A DNA stretch of 64,000 nt, taken from assembly GCA_002633005.1 (NCBI GenBank), contig NMRA01000166.1, forward strand, positions 496,001 through 560,000, read 5' to 3'. The notes under the pieces are model-generated. The model was given only the letters and a program-made list of their open reading frames with translations. It was not told where the DNA came from and searched no databases. A program made the translations under genes and the position numbers. The DNA is from Phoronis australis (lineage: Eukaryota; Animalia; Phoronida). Of this stretch, positions 25,301 to 37,944 are shown piece by piece; the stretch's first letter is position 1; each line of letters starts with the position of its first letter.

Positions 25301-28300
25301 TTTGGTTTGAATTTATTACGAAAGTTCCAACAATGAACTGGAAACTAATCTCATGAGACGCCTGTTAGATTATACGTACTAAAATATAGTTATCTAGTGG
25401 GAGACGGTCTAACACCGTTTCAATAAAACTGAATCGGCTAAGACGCATCTTAAATTTCGGTCAATTTTAACATAAAACTTAAATTTGTTTCAAAACCGTT
25501 TCAAGAGAGCGATCTTAAGTTTGACTTAATTTTTGTCTTAATTTTGGCAATCTTAGCGGATGTGGAAGTTTGAAGGTTTGGAAGTTGAGACAAATTTTAG
25601 ACTTAAGTAAAAATTGAACCTGAGCCAGTTTCTTGGAATAGGCCCAAGTGCCCGGTTGCATAAAACAATCCTAAATAGGGACTCAGCTAAATTCCCTAAA
25701 TCTACTGCGTATTGAATTAACAATATTAATGAAAGTAGGGATCTTTTCATGAAACGTTCCTAATTTAAGGACCAAGTCCTTAATTATTTTGATTGAATTA
25801 AGGGCTCGATTTTTAGTTAGTTTTCATTAGAAAATACCATCAGAAAAAGAGCTGATAATAAAGTTAAAAATGATAGAAAAATGTTCTGTGAGTAAAGAAC
25901 GGGAAAAAAATACGCAGATATAGGAAACTTAGAAGAATCCCTATTTGGGAGTTTAATGCATGCAACCGGCCACAGAGCTCCAACATACTAAATCCGACAC
26001 TGACGTCTTGCCCCAAGTAATTTTTATAGCAAAGTAAAGGTTACTAATGTTTGAGATCTAATATCCAACCTCAGATTTGATATTTCAAGTTGAAGTTTGC
26101 CTGAGTGGAGCAGAACTGAACAATTCATAAAATTCAGAGACGACAACAGGAATACGTATGAACAATGCTAAGCCCAGTTTTACCCAGGCTATAATCAGAT
26201 ATTTCACTGAGATTACTTAAAATTTTGAAACAAAACAACGCACTGTTGATACCAGTCCCCAACCATCGACAGCTTGAAAATTTAAAAAGTTCTTACAATC
26301 TGTACTTAATAGACAAGAGTTACAAAGGTTTTGGAAGATAGATTTAATCAACGGCTGAGTGAGGAAATGACCACCCACCTCACTTAATGACACAACAGCC
26401 AAAAATGAACTATGAGTAAGGCAGTGCTGACACAACACCCAAGTGACAGAACCAGCCTTGAGTGAAATCGCAGGCAGGGTTCAATATTCTTTCAACAAAC
26501 ACTCCAAATGGAGTTGAGCAGCAAATACAAGTTGGAATAGGAGTGAATGACGGGACCAGGGCCATTCAGGCCAAACCATCAATATGAAAGTTAACAAAAA
26601 ACATAAAATCCATAGTCCACCATATTCGATAAAACAACCGAATTTTCGATGGATTAAACATTCCATCATCTTCAGAGTAACTGAACACAATATCGATTAT
26701 TAGCATAATCCTAGTACTCTTGTGGACATGAATAACAGGAGAATATCAATACTGGAGGGTCTTTTCATTCCAAACATAATTATATGCTAAATAAATTCTT
26801 AATAATAGAGACGCGTTGTAAGAGACCATTTGCATCCTGTTGCAAGTCATGTTATACAGGTAATTCCTGATTTGCTCACATTTCATCTGCGATTGTCAGT
26901 TTTTTCCTGGTCTGAAGACGATAAAATATAAAGTCCATCAAAAAGTTGGTTAGTGTTTTAAAAATATCTCCCATACACACACACACGCGCAAGCACATGC
27001 GTACACCCACGTGAAGGCACCCACAGCCTCACATATAGATCCAAAATGTTGGAGTATGGATATTACAGAGTTTTTGAAAACTTACAACTGTGGTAACGCT
27101 TGAAAGTTACTGCATCATTGCACTGAAAAGAGAACAAGGGTTATCACCACCATTACTTTTTATTTTGGTCACGTTTGTGATTTCGATTTAACAATGGTTC
27201 ACAACGTGCGGTTGAGTGAATGTTTATATGCATTTTACAATGACGTGCATTAGCATTTAGTATTACACAAATATTGTTTTCAAACAACCGAGTGCATAAA
27301 ATCTCACCTTTTTCTTAAAGTGTCGCGCCATACTTAAAGCTATGTCACCACCGGCAGACGTGGCCACCACCGCCACTCCAGAATAACTACAAAACGGCTG
27401 ACCTATCATCCAGTCAAGAGCCTCCTACAAGAAAACATTGAGGACCTGTGAACATAAAATCCACGGCGAAATGAGAAATGCTTCAAAATCCTAAAATACG
27501 CTATTCATAACTTTCTATAATCAACAGACGTCTTTTGGAAAATATATGATGGACGTTTACATTAAAATATCGTCTCTTCTCACTGCACGCTGATAGGGAC
27601 CGAGATCGTAGATCGTAAGACATTAGGTTGCATTCACAGCGAAAAATTCTCGCTTATGGAATGGAAACAGTGAAACTAATTCCACGATCCAATACTCCAA
27701 CCTCGCTGACCAATCACTGAAATGACCATCATTTCCTAGGAAAGCCTATCATAATCGCTTGTCACTCTCGTGATTTGCGAAGTCTTGCAAAATATCGCCT
27801 TTCCCTCAAGAAACTAGGTCTATGGCCGGGATGCTGTCAGGTTTATGCACACAACACTTTTACACAGGCGAACATAAGGAACCCTTCAGCGCATGACTAA
27901 AAAAGCAACGCGACATTATATCGTCTTGATGACTTACATAAAAGTTAGTTCTTTGGAAAATGAAGTTGATCAGGGCGCTTCCCCTCTCTCCATAACAGAT
28001 CTTTCAGTACAAGTAACAGCAACATGACTAAGCAACACGAACAATGCTACCGACACATCTGGGTAAGCGAAAGAGGGCGTATTGTGAATCATATACCTCA
28101 AAATAGGCCAAATCGACATCATTAAAGTCGTCGGTCAAATCTTCGTATTGTGTAAATGCAAGAGCTATAACTGCGTATCCAGCTCTGGAGGCTAGGAGGG
28201 CAGCTCGATGTTCAAAACAACCGCCTCCAGTTCCAAACATGTCAATCACACACGGAAACTTGTGGCCATCTGCAAAACAATTGTGTTTATTATGTGGTCA

Positions 28301-31300
28301 GTGAGGGGACTTAAAAGAAGACAATACGGTCAAAATAAATATTCAATGGGCGGCTCTACGGATGGCACTCTAGAGAAGATCTGGTCACCTTAAGCAGGGG
28401 TGAACTGCGCAAACACGACAGCCAACAAGCCCCGATTACAGCACAAATGACTGTGTATTAATGAGTCGTGCTGTGTTGAGTGTCCAATTAAATTTTTTTA
28501 ATTCCTTAATCATAAAAAACAAGACTATGTAGACACTTTATTTACAAAAATTCCTGGATAAGCCTACACCACGAAAATAAAGCAAAAATAAATCCGCCTT
28601 CGACCACTTACCGTTATAAATTTGGTCTCAAATTGTGCCTATATCAAATTAAATGAAATTGACGTGCCTGGAAAGAACCGNTGAGGGGACTTAAAAGAAG
28701 TAAGACAATACGGTCAAAATAAATATTCAATGGGCGGCTATACGGATGGCACTCTAGAGAAGATCTGGTCACCTTAAGCAGGGGAGAACTGCGCAAACAC
28801 GACAGCCAACAAGCCCCGATTACAGCACAAATGACTGTGTATTAATGAGTCGTGCTGTGTTGAGTGTCCAATTAAATTTTTTTAATTCCTTAATTATAAA
28901 AAACAAGACTATGTAGACACTTTATTTACAAAAATTCCTGGATAAGCCTACACCACGAAAATAAAGCAAAAATAAATCCGCCTTCGACCACTTACCGTTA
29001 TAAATTTGGTCTCAAATTGTGCCTATATCAAATTAAATGAAATTGACGTGCCTGGAAAGAACCGACAGTTCGTTTTTGCATGGCCGACCAGGCTTCTCAC
29101 GAAGGACCTTTTTATGCACCGGCCGTGGTCTCAAGCAATTACGAACTGTCAATTTTCTTCAAGTACAGAAATTACTTCTTATCTCAGTTAGAAAAAAGTT
29201 GAGATCAGTTTTATGGCGGCAAGTGTTTTAAATCTAAAGTTTCTTTCATTTACGGAACGCGGATAGTAGCCGCTTAAAGGAGAATGCCACCCAAAAACGA
29301 CCTATTTTGTATCAATATATATGGAGTAGTTCCACTCGATAACAGCAAGTTCAGTTGTTTTACCTGACACCTAACGGTGTTAAAATTAACCTATGACGTA
29401 ATAGGTTCGAACGCAGTCTATTCAGCCGTTCACAACACGCTTACTAGTGTCAGCTTATTGTTTGAATTCATCGTTTTACAGCAATAAATGTTCAAAATTA
29501 GATGTAAACCCCTTACAAATACATGGAGTTCTTGAACAAACGTGTTGTTTTATTTCACTGTTACGGATTTATAGGTATTTGAACGTACCGTAGCCTACAG
29601 AGTTCGGGAGGCCAATTTACCATGGTCGATCGCGGGAGTTTGGGTCTGTTTTGGTGATAAATTCGAATCATTCTCCCGTGAAATACAGACTGGGGAACAT
29701 AGTTGTGTGTCGTACTTTGAGACTTGCCATTTCTTCAGTTCTAAACACACAAGACGCTTATTACTCCCCGCCAGCTGGCTCGGAACACGATCAGGTATGG
29801 CGTCGCGGCCGACGGCACTGGACATCACGAACATGAACCAGCTTAATTTGGAAACTAAACCTCCAGTCACGAAAAGACTATAATAGTGAGCCAAAGAAAT
29901 AATGTGCACATAATTATTTAGGTGAATTAGCCACGAAGCTGAGAATCTTACTAGTCGGGGGCCGCGAAGTAGAGGTTGACCTTCCACACAACCGTCAGGG
30001 CAAAGGTTGTACAGTAACAATGTTTTGAATAATGTATTTGTATATCAAAATAAAGATTCTCCTAACATGTGACCATAGCATATAAAATCGAGTTATTGTT
30101 TCACTACAGCTTTCTGTCAGCAAACACTGAAATAGCATGCGCTAACACGGCCTCGATGCACTGTCAATTACATTTATTGCATCTAAAGCCGGTAACGCAG
30201 TGGATTATTCATTGCTGTCTTCTCAAAACATTTGCACTCACGAATACTCCAAAGGCATTACAATTGTATCTAATGAGACAGACTTTGTTTCCGGTTTATA
30301 TAAGCATTGGCGGAGAATAATACAATTTGAAACAGAACACAGAATAACAAATGTCTATAGACCCTGTTCACGCGGCGGCCATTACGATCCAAAGCGAGGC
30401 TCACTGCGATAAACAAAGCGAAAGTAGACATTGCGGGAGTTAAATAGCCGGTCTTTCGAGTCCAACCTGGATATTAAATTTTAATGATGTGTCGACAATT
30501 AACCACAGAGACGTAGAAAATTACATTAGAGAACAAGTTAAGGCGCCAAAGAGTTGTCTGACGAAAGGGTTTAAATTTTTTCGGAAAACTGGGTTCGAAA
30601 TTGTTGATCAAAATACTTTCTACGCGGACCAGGTCATCTGCTCGTATTGTTGACGAGTTGAGGACATATTCGACAGTGGTGTCTGTCATGTGCAATTAGT
30701 CACATCTGGTATAATTTGTTGATCAAGAATATTAACATCAAGCATAGCCTGATCCTATGCTTTCACTGGGACTAACAGTTGATTTGTCATTGGTCTGAAA
30801 GAATAATTGATGTTATTAAATAATATTTTTATTAAAATAAAAAACCAGGCTCGTAATTGAAAATAAAAATTATTTGACCATCAATGCTATCTTGGTTGTA
30901 ATAATTCTTACGTCTATTTCATGTGTTAGATTTCAAATATCAATCTGGACCAAGTTGAATTTTAAAATTAAAACACCTAATTCGTTCGTCCAAAACATAA
31001 CATCGTTTTAGAACTCAATTTCAGTTAACTGGACAATGCAATCATAGTTATCATGTTTCTGCAGAAGCCTCTTTCATCCGAGGGGAACGTCCGGGTGCCA
31101 GTGCCTACTGAGAGGCGATTTTTTCGCCGAGTGAGGGCGGGAACAATCTGCCTCCCGATCACCATCAATAGCACCCCCGCGCTGTTGCAAGCTCTCATAG
31201 GCTCTGCCTCAATTTAAAGTAGCCTTTTGTGCTCTTAAAAATTGTCACCTGTGTGGTTACAGGTGATGTGAACTCAGAGAGTTTTTTCACTAAGGGGAAT

Positions 31301-34300
31301 TTTTATGCCTCGTGGGGGAAATTTCGCGTGATATTTCAATATGTTTGAGAGGGGAATAAGGCCGATATTGGGCCCCAAATTTGAGGAATTGAGGGCCCAG
31401 TCCTTTTTGGAAAGAAAAATTATAATGTTTCAACCCGCAGCAGGGGCGGATCCAGGTTTTCCAGTTAAGGGGGGCAGGGCACAGGAATAAGCAGCATTTC
31501 GGCAGATGCGCGCGCCCAGCCTAAACTCTGGGATGCAGGGGTCTTGAATTCTTGGGTTTGCGGACCCGTTGACTGAAAAAAAAACGGTAAACGGGGTTCA
31601 TTCACCGCCTATGCGTTGTTTATTCACCCCGCAAGACCCGCCTTGGTTGCGCACGTGTGCTAGTCAGCAATTCGCACCCGAACTCAAAAATGGGATCTGA
31701 TACAATTTTAGGGGGGGGACCATGCCCCCCCCAAATCCGTAGTCATGAAAACACAGCCTGGCTGGCCCATTCTCCGGTCGTTACTATGATGCTTAACTGA
31801 CCGACATGCGACAAAATGATCAAACTTTTCGAAAACATTTATAAATTTTACACGGACGTATTTTGCTTCGTCGCGGCAACGACCCAACGCTTCCGAATCT
31901 CAACGTCTTTAGAGGTTGTGAAGCAGACAGTTGCGTGTCCGTATTTTTTCTAGCCGTTCGCGGAACAACACGGCCTGAAACACAGAACTATGCCGATAAG
32001 CTAACAGAGCTATCGTAGCGAGCCTCGTTTTGGAATGCGCCTCCTGTCGGCGTGAATAGGGTCTATGGCAACCCGCCCGGCGCCAATCGCGACTTAGTCG
32101 AGAGCTCATCCGACGACGACTTCACGGGTCGGATCGTTGGGTTTCACAGGCCTCAGTTCGAACCGGAATACACTGACCAAGAAATACTAGAGAGGAGCCG
32201 TGAACATGCACAGGCAACGGAAACGTATGGATAGTTCTTTTACGCTTGGTAAGCCGGAATTCGTCAGAGAAATCACTGTCAGCGACGAAATGCCGGCCAC
32301 AGACACGGAGATGTTATACGGCCTCATACTTGCTATAACAGGGTATTTTTCATTATTCGCTACCGCGAGCCACTTCCTAAGCATTTCGGGCTCTCACGGA
32401 AGTCGAAAAAACGAGATATCCGCTTTCTTTGCAGCTTCATATTTTGGACAAGCGGGACCGATGCACCGCAATATAGCGGCATTCACTCTGCAGATGAACC
32501 ACTGACAGTGACGTCGCTGCGTCGTTTCTCACCTTCCTCACAGGTTAACGCGACATCTCTCGGCAAGGTGAGGTCGACCGTATAACTGAGAGGCGATGTG
32601 GATACAGACCGATAAGACGGTAAAAAAGACTAATTAAATCGGGTAGCATTCTCCTTTAAAAGGGGCATTATGGTTTATACAGCCGAAAAGCGCATTATTC
32701 CTATTATTGTTGGATGCGATGGACTTCTTGAAGTTATTAGCTTTGACCACAGCTACAAAATCGATTGTGTATTTGATGTTATATCACAAATCTACAAAGC
32801 TGGCCGCTGACTGCCAGACATTCGCTGAAGTCAAAGTTAAAGGAGAATGCCACCCGTCTTTTTTGCCGTCTTAATCGGTCTATATCCACATAGCCTCACA
32901 TACGGTCGACCTTACCTTGCCAAGAGGTGTCGCGTTACCCTGTGAGGAAGGTGAGAAACGACGCTAGCGACGTTAGTGGTTCACATGCAGAGTGAATGCC
33001 GCTATGTTGCGGTCCATCGTTCCCGCTTGTCCGAACTAAGCAGCTGCGAGGAAAGCGGGTATATCGTTTTTTACTTTCTCGAGAGTCCGAAATGCTTAGG
33101 AAGTAGTTCATGGTAGTGAAGAATGAAATGTACGCTGTAAATAGCAAGTATGAGGCCGTGAAACATCTCCGTGTCTGTGGTCTGTAGACGTCGACAGTGC
33201 CTGACGCATGCCGGCTTACCAAATAACTCCATACGTTCCGTTGTCTGAGCTTGTTCACGGCGCCTCTCTAGTATTTCTTCATCACTGTATTCCTGTTCGA
33301 ATTGATAGCCTGTAAAACTTAACGATCCACCTGCGAAGTCTGGACCTTTGAGCTCTAGCTCGTCGTAAGTCGGGATTGCGAGTTGCCACGTTGGCGTTTA
33401 TTACTGAGCGTTCTGTTTCAAACTGAATTATTCTCACCCTAACCAATACTTATATAAAACTGAAACAAAGTTTGTCTCATTAGATGCAATTTGTAATGCC
33501 TTTGGAGTGTTCGTGAGTGCAAATGATGAGAAGCCAGCAATGAATAAATCACTGCGTTACCGGCTTTAGGTACAATAAAACTAATTGACGGGACATGCAC
33601 CGAGTCCGTGTGAGCTCATGCTAATTTAGTGTTTGCTGGCAGAAAATGTTGTGAAAAAACTCGATTTCCATCCCACGGCCAGGTGTTAGGGGAATCTTTA
33701 TTTACATTTACATTACTCAAATAATGATTGTCAATGTACAACTTCTGCCCTGATGGTGCTGTGGCCAAAGCGGCCCCCGACGAGTAAGTAGATTTGCAGT
33801 TTCGTGGTAATTCACCAACATAATCATGCGCACATTACTTTGGCTCACTAGTATAGTATTTTCTTGACTGGAAGTTTAGTTTCCAGTGAACTTTGGCTGG
33901 TTTATGTTCGTGATGTCTGATCAGTTTCCGAGCCACTGTGGCCTGCCCGGGAAAACGAGTCAATCCGGCCGGCCGCGACGGGCCTGCTCGGGCTCCAAGC
34001 CATTGGCCAGGGTAACAAGCGTTTTGTGTTTAGAACTAAAAAAATCACAAGTCTAAACAACACAAATCTAGGTTCTCATGTCTGTATCTCACGGAAAATA
34101 CTTCGAAATTATCTCCGAACAGACCCCAAACTCCTGCTACGGACCTTATTGGCCTGCCGAACGTTGTAGGCTAATGTGTGTCCAAATACCAATAAATCCG
34201 TAAGAGCGAAATAAAACAACATGTTTTTATAAGAACTCGGTGTATTTTTAAGGGTTTAACATCGAAGTTTGGTGATTTATTGGTGTTAAACGATGACTTC

Positions 34301-36282
34301 AAGCGATAAGCTGACACCAGTAACCCGTGTTGTGAACTGCTGAACAGACTGCGTTTGAAACCCATGACGTCATTGGATAATTTCAACACCTCCATCTGCC
34401 GTCGGGTGTCAGGTAACGCAACCGTACGTGTCGTTATGGAGTAGAACTACTCGATCTAAATTGATACAAATTAGGTTGTTTTTCGGGTGGCATGCATGGT
34501 TATGTACAGTAGGACCTTATCATAAGTTTGTGTGTAATTTAGCCAAATAACCACAAAACTATGAACTTTAATCCAGCAAAATCAAATATTTTCTGAAAGT
34601 AAAAAGTTTATAGAATTCGCTCATTGCCTTTTTTACCAATCTGACATTAATTGGGTCACGCCACCATGTCTTTTTAATAAAATTGGTAAACTAAAGAAGG
34701 CACGCCCAACAGCACAACAACGTTTCATAATTTCATGAAATGCTGTTACAGTTTCTAAATTTTCGTTTCATTTTGGTTTTATGCAACTTCAATTTTGTTC
34801 ATGAAAATTATAAAAGACCAAAATTTTTATAGCTCCTTATACAAGGGTGTAACATTTTGAAAACAATTCTTAACAGCGTTTTGGAGTTAAGAACATAAAG
34901 CGCAGTATTTAACAGTTTCGAATGAATATATCCCCCAATTCTGAGATATGATGTTCCGAACTTAGCCAAATTTGGCGATTTTTCTAGGGTCCTACATAAC
35001 ATTAAATAAGCTTAAAATAGTCTGCCATTCATCGTGTTTGATTCAACTACGCCACCATAGCGTTGGACTGCCACCAGGGGGATTGCGGGTTCGATTCCGC
35101 GTTGACGCTGTTCTCAGAAAATCACTTTTCTCGGGGATTATGTCCGTGTAATTACCTTTGGGCATGAAGAGCGTTCCTCGGATGTTTCCATCTCTAACAG
35201 GTATTCGTCTGATTTTGTTAACATCAAGATACCATCTCTGAATCTGACAAGACGCCACAGACGAAAGATCTGTTTTGGCATCACACAATTCTTCAAATTC
35301 CAACCACTCGCGATAGACCTTTATGTCAACAATGAATGGCGTGGTAACGTCACGCTTCACCAAACGCAGGCCCTCTCGTTGTCTCGGCTCTGGTTTTAAG
35401 CTCCATAGCAAACCCATCTGATCAAGACCTTTGAAGTTGTTAAAAAGCAGGTGTGCTGTCAGAAACTAAGCAAACTAGATAGCAAAAACTCGATCAACAG
35501 AATTTTAACAACTATAATGTTAACAACAACAATAACAATAATAATAATAGTAATGGTAACCATAGTTATAATAATCACGATAACTGTAAGAATATTCGGG
35601 CATTCCATTTGCTCGTCGGATAAAAAAGTTTCTCAAAAATATTACCCTGGCTGCTTTGTCCCTTTCAGCTTCTAGGGGAGTATGCAAGACTTGGACTCGA
35701 GTGCTGCCATGAATACACCGTAAGTGCATCATCAATTCTCACAAATAAAGTGATTATCACAATACTATGCAAGTGCAGTTTGAACTGACGACGAGATTCG
35801 AACCCTCAGTCCTCGTACCTTGACTATGAAGGCGAACGCTTCACAGTGTCGCAAAAGGCCTGCTGAGAGGGTGAGTTTGACGGAGCTCAGAAGGAGCGGC
35901 TAAATTTTCTTTCCATTTGCATATTTCTAAAACACTGGAGCAACACAGCTTTAACCACTCAAAAGTTTTATAGATAAATTTTTTTCTTAACATGATAAAC
36001 ACCACATGCGGCAATAGACCAACCAGAGCAGAATTAAAGTCCACCAAAGTGAGACTGTTCATATTCGGTTTCCTATTAATTTAGTTTGACGTGTGCCACA
36101 AAGCTGTCCCGCCACCTACCATTGTACGTGCCACCCGCACTCGGTGTTTGTGTGACGTCGACCTCACCGGAAGCGTCGGAGATGAAGTGTCCAACAGAGC
36201 TGTAGCGTTTCTTCCCTTCTACTAACTGCGCACGAAGCGTAACCTTCTGATTCGCAGGAAGGTGGCACACTTTAATTTCTAC
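14208..36282 (-). CDS. Acyl-CoA thioesterase / bile acid-CoA:amino acid N-acyltransferase (ACOT/BAAT) family protein, peroxisomal (PTS1); multi-exon, 5' exon(s) uncertain
   Basis: Exons joined by hand with GT-AG ends and matching phases: 36282-36120 (VEIKVCHLPANQKVTLRAQL...GGTYN), 35428-35156 (GLDQMGLLWSLKP...GNIRGTLFMPK), 28269-28097 (DGHKFPCVIDMFGTGGGCFEHRAALLAS...YFE), 27424-27308 (EALDWM...VAVVATSAGGDIAL...), 24427-24342 (VIAAAVVNPSC...), 24118-24016, 16528-16324 (VEEATANFLLIQSGDDR...YPGAGHLLEPPY) and 14344-14208 (GYLMFYGG...AASKL*). Motifs match ACOT1-6/BAAT: DMFGTGGG, Ser nucleophile, Asp in GDD, His in GAGHLLEPPY. Confidence 0.93.
15480..15720 (+). mobile_element. Gypsy-like gag remnant (in ACOT intron)
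   Basis: ITLET followed by a degraded zinc knuckle QCYRCGEP..H. Confidence 0.45.
17690..18830 (+). mobile_element. Putative solo LTR with internal tandem repeats
   Basis: CCAAT/ATTGG boxes at about 17793-17830 and a tandem repeat of about 99 bp. Four copies of GGGCAGTATAAAGA, an AATAAA near 18735 and a PBS-like TGGCGACTC near 18806. Termini and TSD are not resolved. Confidence 0.4.
17911..18165 (+). repeat. About 99-bp tandem repeat with a reiterated GGGCAGTATAAAGA(C/T)AA unit
   Basis: Units are directly visible starting at about 17912, 18011, 18108 and 18148. Confidence 0.85.
18941..19820. mobile_element. MITE with roughly 110-130 bp TIRs
   Basis: GGTGTAAAACAGATATCCCGGA...GAACCCTGACCTTTA (about 18969-19055) mirrors TAAAGGTCAGGGTTC...TCCGGGATACCTGTTTTACACCCTG (about 19729-19820). 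Confidence 0.75.
21403..22364 (+). mobile_element. L2/CR1-group LINE fragment inserted in the HINE-like element, spanning the N gap
   Basis: ORF2 pre-RT motifs YYYDTFEK...KTWDTIK...FNTYFTQIG...FSFKPI...KNSTGHDNLSSKIIK. After the gap there is a 3'UTR-like segment with AATAAA and a (TC)n tail at about 22323-22364. Confidence 0.8.
21796..22104. other. Assembly gap (N run)
   Basis: Continuous Ns. Confidence 0.99.
24944..25276. mobile_element. GC-rich CAG..CTG MITE copy
   Basis: Reverse-complement homologue of 13639-13954, with CAGTGGCGGAT...GGATCCGCCCCTG ends. Confidence 0.75.
25648..25972. mobile_element. Harbinger-like MITE
   Basis: GTGCCCGGTTGCAT ... ATGCAACCGGCCAC inverted ends with an AT-rich interior. 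Confidence 0.5.
29278..32655 (+). mobile_element. Kolobok-like family A, full-length copy 2 with nested insertions (in ACOT intron)
   Basis: TTAA|AGGAGAATGCCACCC ... GGGTAGCATTCTCCT|TTAA, i.e. TIRs plus a TTAA target duplication. A KolX-like remnant (QFEPEYTDQEILER) lies at about 32150-32200. Confidence 0.85.
30359..32064. mobile_element. TIR element with AT target duplication (ISL2EU/PHIS-like MITE) nested in Kolobok copy 2
   Basis: AT|AGACCCTGTTCACGC ... GCGTGAATAGGGTCT|AT, with an internal mirrored CGAGGCTC(A/G)CT(G/A)CGATA. It interrupts sequence that is contiguous in the other family A copies. Confidence 0.7.
32841..34495 (-). mobile_element. Kolobok-like family A copy 3, inverted relative to copy 2
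   Basis: TTAA|AGGAGAATGCCACCC at 32841 and a degraded far TIR GGGTGGCATGC at about 34485-34495. Very similar to copy 4, with which it shares the ORF MNKLRQRNVWSYLVSRH. Confidence 0.8.
35510..35585. repeat. Degenerate (AAT/AAC)n microsatellite
   Basis: aacaacaacaataacaataataataatagtaat... Confidence 0.8.
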
Positions 36283-37273
36283 CTGTTTTGTACATGAACA
36301 AATGACTATGTCTATCTGTGTTAACTTGAATATCAGAACATCGCAATAGAAAGGATGACAATTTGCAGGTGGGATTCGTATTCAAGATGTGACAAGAAGA
36401 CACGCCAGACGTTTTACAATTTGGTGAACAAGCCAGGCAAACTGAAAGTTCCATCAAAATAGTGCAGAGCAGCAACAATATCTTTCACGGATTTTGTTTT
36501 CAGTTACGACGTTTTATCCCAATCTCTGCTTAAGTATTATTGATTCAATAAAACCTCATTTCAGCAGCAATGTTTTTTTTCGGCAAATTAACCAAACTTT
36601 GGTTACTATGAAAGGTATTTTAATTCATCATAGCCAAGTTCTAAGAAACGAAATTAATAAAAACGCTCTTCAAACCGGTAGTCGCAACGTCAAAGCGCGC
36701 AAGTCGTATGGAAAGTCCGTGTGTCTGATTGGCTGAATCGTCTTTGTTTAGTTATCTTTATTACCTATTTCTGGCATCATTTTACAAATCAAAATGGCAA
36801 ATTCCTATGTACAGGGGCATAGAGCAGTTATCATAACAGAAAGGCGAGAGCACCGCATACTCGGACGGTTGTCCGCAGATACGTATTTACAGACACGGTG
36901 CAACTGTTGAAACATAGTTTGAGAATTATCTGTTCCGGATTTTCGAGTAGCGTAAAAGACAGAACATTTCCATAATTTGGGACTGACAGTAAATAATTGT
37001 GAAGTCACGTGAATAGAAAAGTGGCCCTTTGCAGTTTAATCCAGGTGTGTTTCGTGACAAGACGGTGGATGTATTATAGTAAATTTCTTAGAAAATTTGT
37101 TTGACAAACATGTCAAACTGCAAATTAGTGGTAACTAGTTCCGGCTAACGTTTTCGGGACTTGATCACTGCGACAGACTTCCAGGATGAAGAATTGTTAT
37201 TATATAGCAAAGGTTCAAACTCCTTTTTATAATAAGTAGAATGTACCAAATTGATAAAACATGCATTTAATAG

Positions 37274-37429
37274 CAGTGCTGTAGAGGTAAAATTAACGGT
37301 AAGTAGGCGTCCGAAGCCCACTGTATCACCTCGAGCACTGAACGTAACTTACGGTGCGTTGGCGCTACGTTCAAATGCCAAAAGGTGGTTGGCTGCGCCT
37401 ACGTGAGCCTACGCTCCACTACAGCACTG
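37274..37429. mobile_element. About 150-bp MITE with CAGTGCTGTAG TIRs; copy at 46010-46157, partial copies at ~8967-9023 and ~11555-11626
   Basis: CAGTGCTGTAG...CTACAGCACTG ends and a shared core (CAAATGCCAAAAGGT, CCCACTGTATCACC). Confidence 0.75.
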
Positions 37430-37821
37430 TGTAAAAGGTAACGTAGCAATATTAAACTGCTCAGAGTCGGCCATCGCTCGATATTTAAGGGATAAATCCT
37501 TAAGCAAAAGTGGCCACTGTTCAGACTGCCTAGGCAAGTCAATATATATTCCCTCAGGAAATAACTGCGATAATTAATTTTGACGCTCTTTGTCAAACTC
37601 ATACGCTTATGTATCAAACAAATACAATTTTTATGAAAAAATAAAGAAGTGCTTTGCTCAAATCTAAGATAGTATCTGAACTCCTACTGCCAAGGGATTA
37701 CAGACACCAGATCTATACGAGTTTAGCAAAGGAGATGGTATTGTTTCATTTGTTCTATTTAGCAAAATCATCGTTACACCATAGATACTCGTTACGTTTA
37801 CAGTCTATGATTACACGATAC

Positions 37822-37944
37822 CGTATCTGTGCCTATTCTAACTGGTGAACAGTGGACTGATAGGCTTATCCTGGCCAGCTTCAATCTTCCCCAGTTTTGG
37901 GAAACTTTCTGCCAAACTTGAAGGCAAACTCGTAACTTACGCAT
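37822..37944 (-). CDS. Candidate first coding exon of the ACOT-like gene (MRKLRVCLQVWQKVSQNWGRLKLARISLSVHCSPVRIGTDT)
   Basis: ATG at 37944, 41 open codons and a phase-0 donor ACG|GTATCG that fits the phase-0 acceptor at 36282. A competing phase-0 candidate lies at 41005-40880 (MSIPSQ...MGLLSDIA|GTAAAG). Confidence 0.35.

Noticed and set aside
28302-29063. Near-perfect tandem duplication of about 380 bp
   Set aside because: The two copies meet exactly at a single N (28681) and differ by a few SNPs and a small indel. This is typical of an unmerged contig overlap between haplotypes, not a real duplication.
35060-35105. tRNA-like box B sequences (also near 2210, 18616, 35795 and 45683)
   Set aside because: No complete cloverleaf or acceptor stem is visible. 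They are interpreted as SINE remnants, not tRNA genes.
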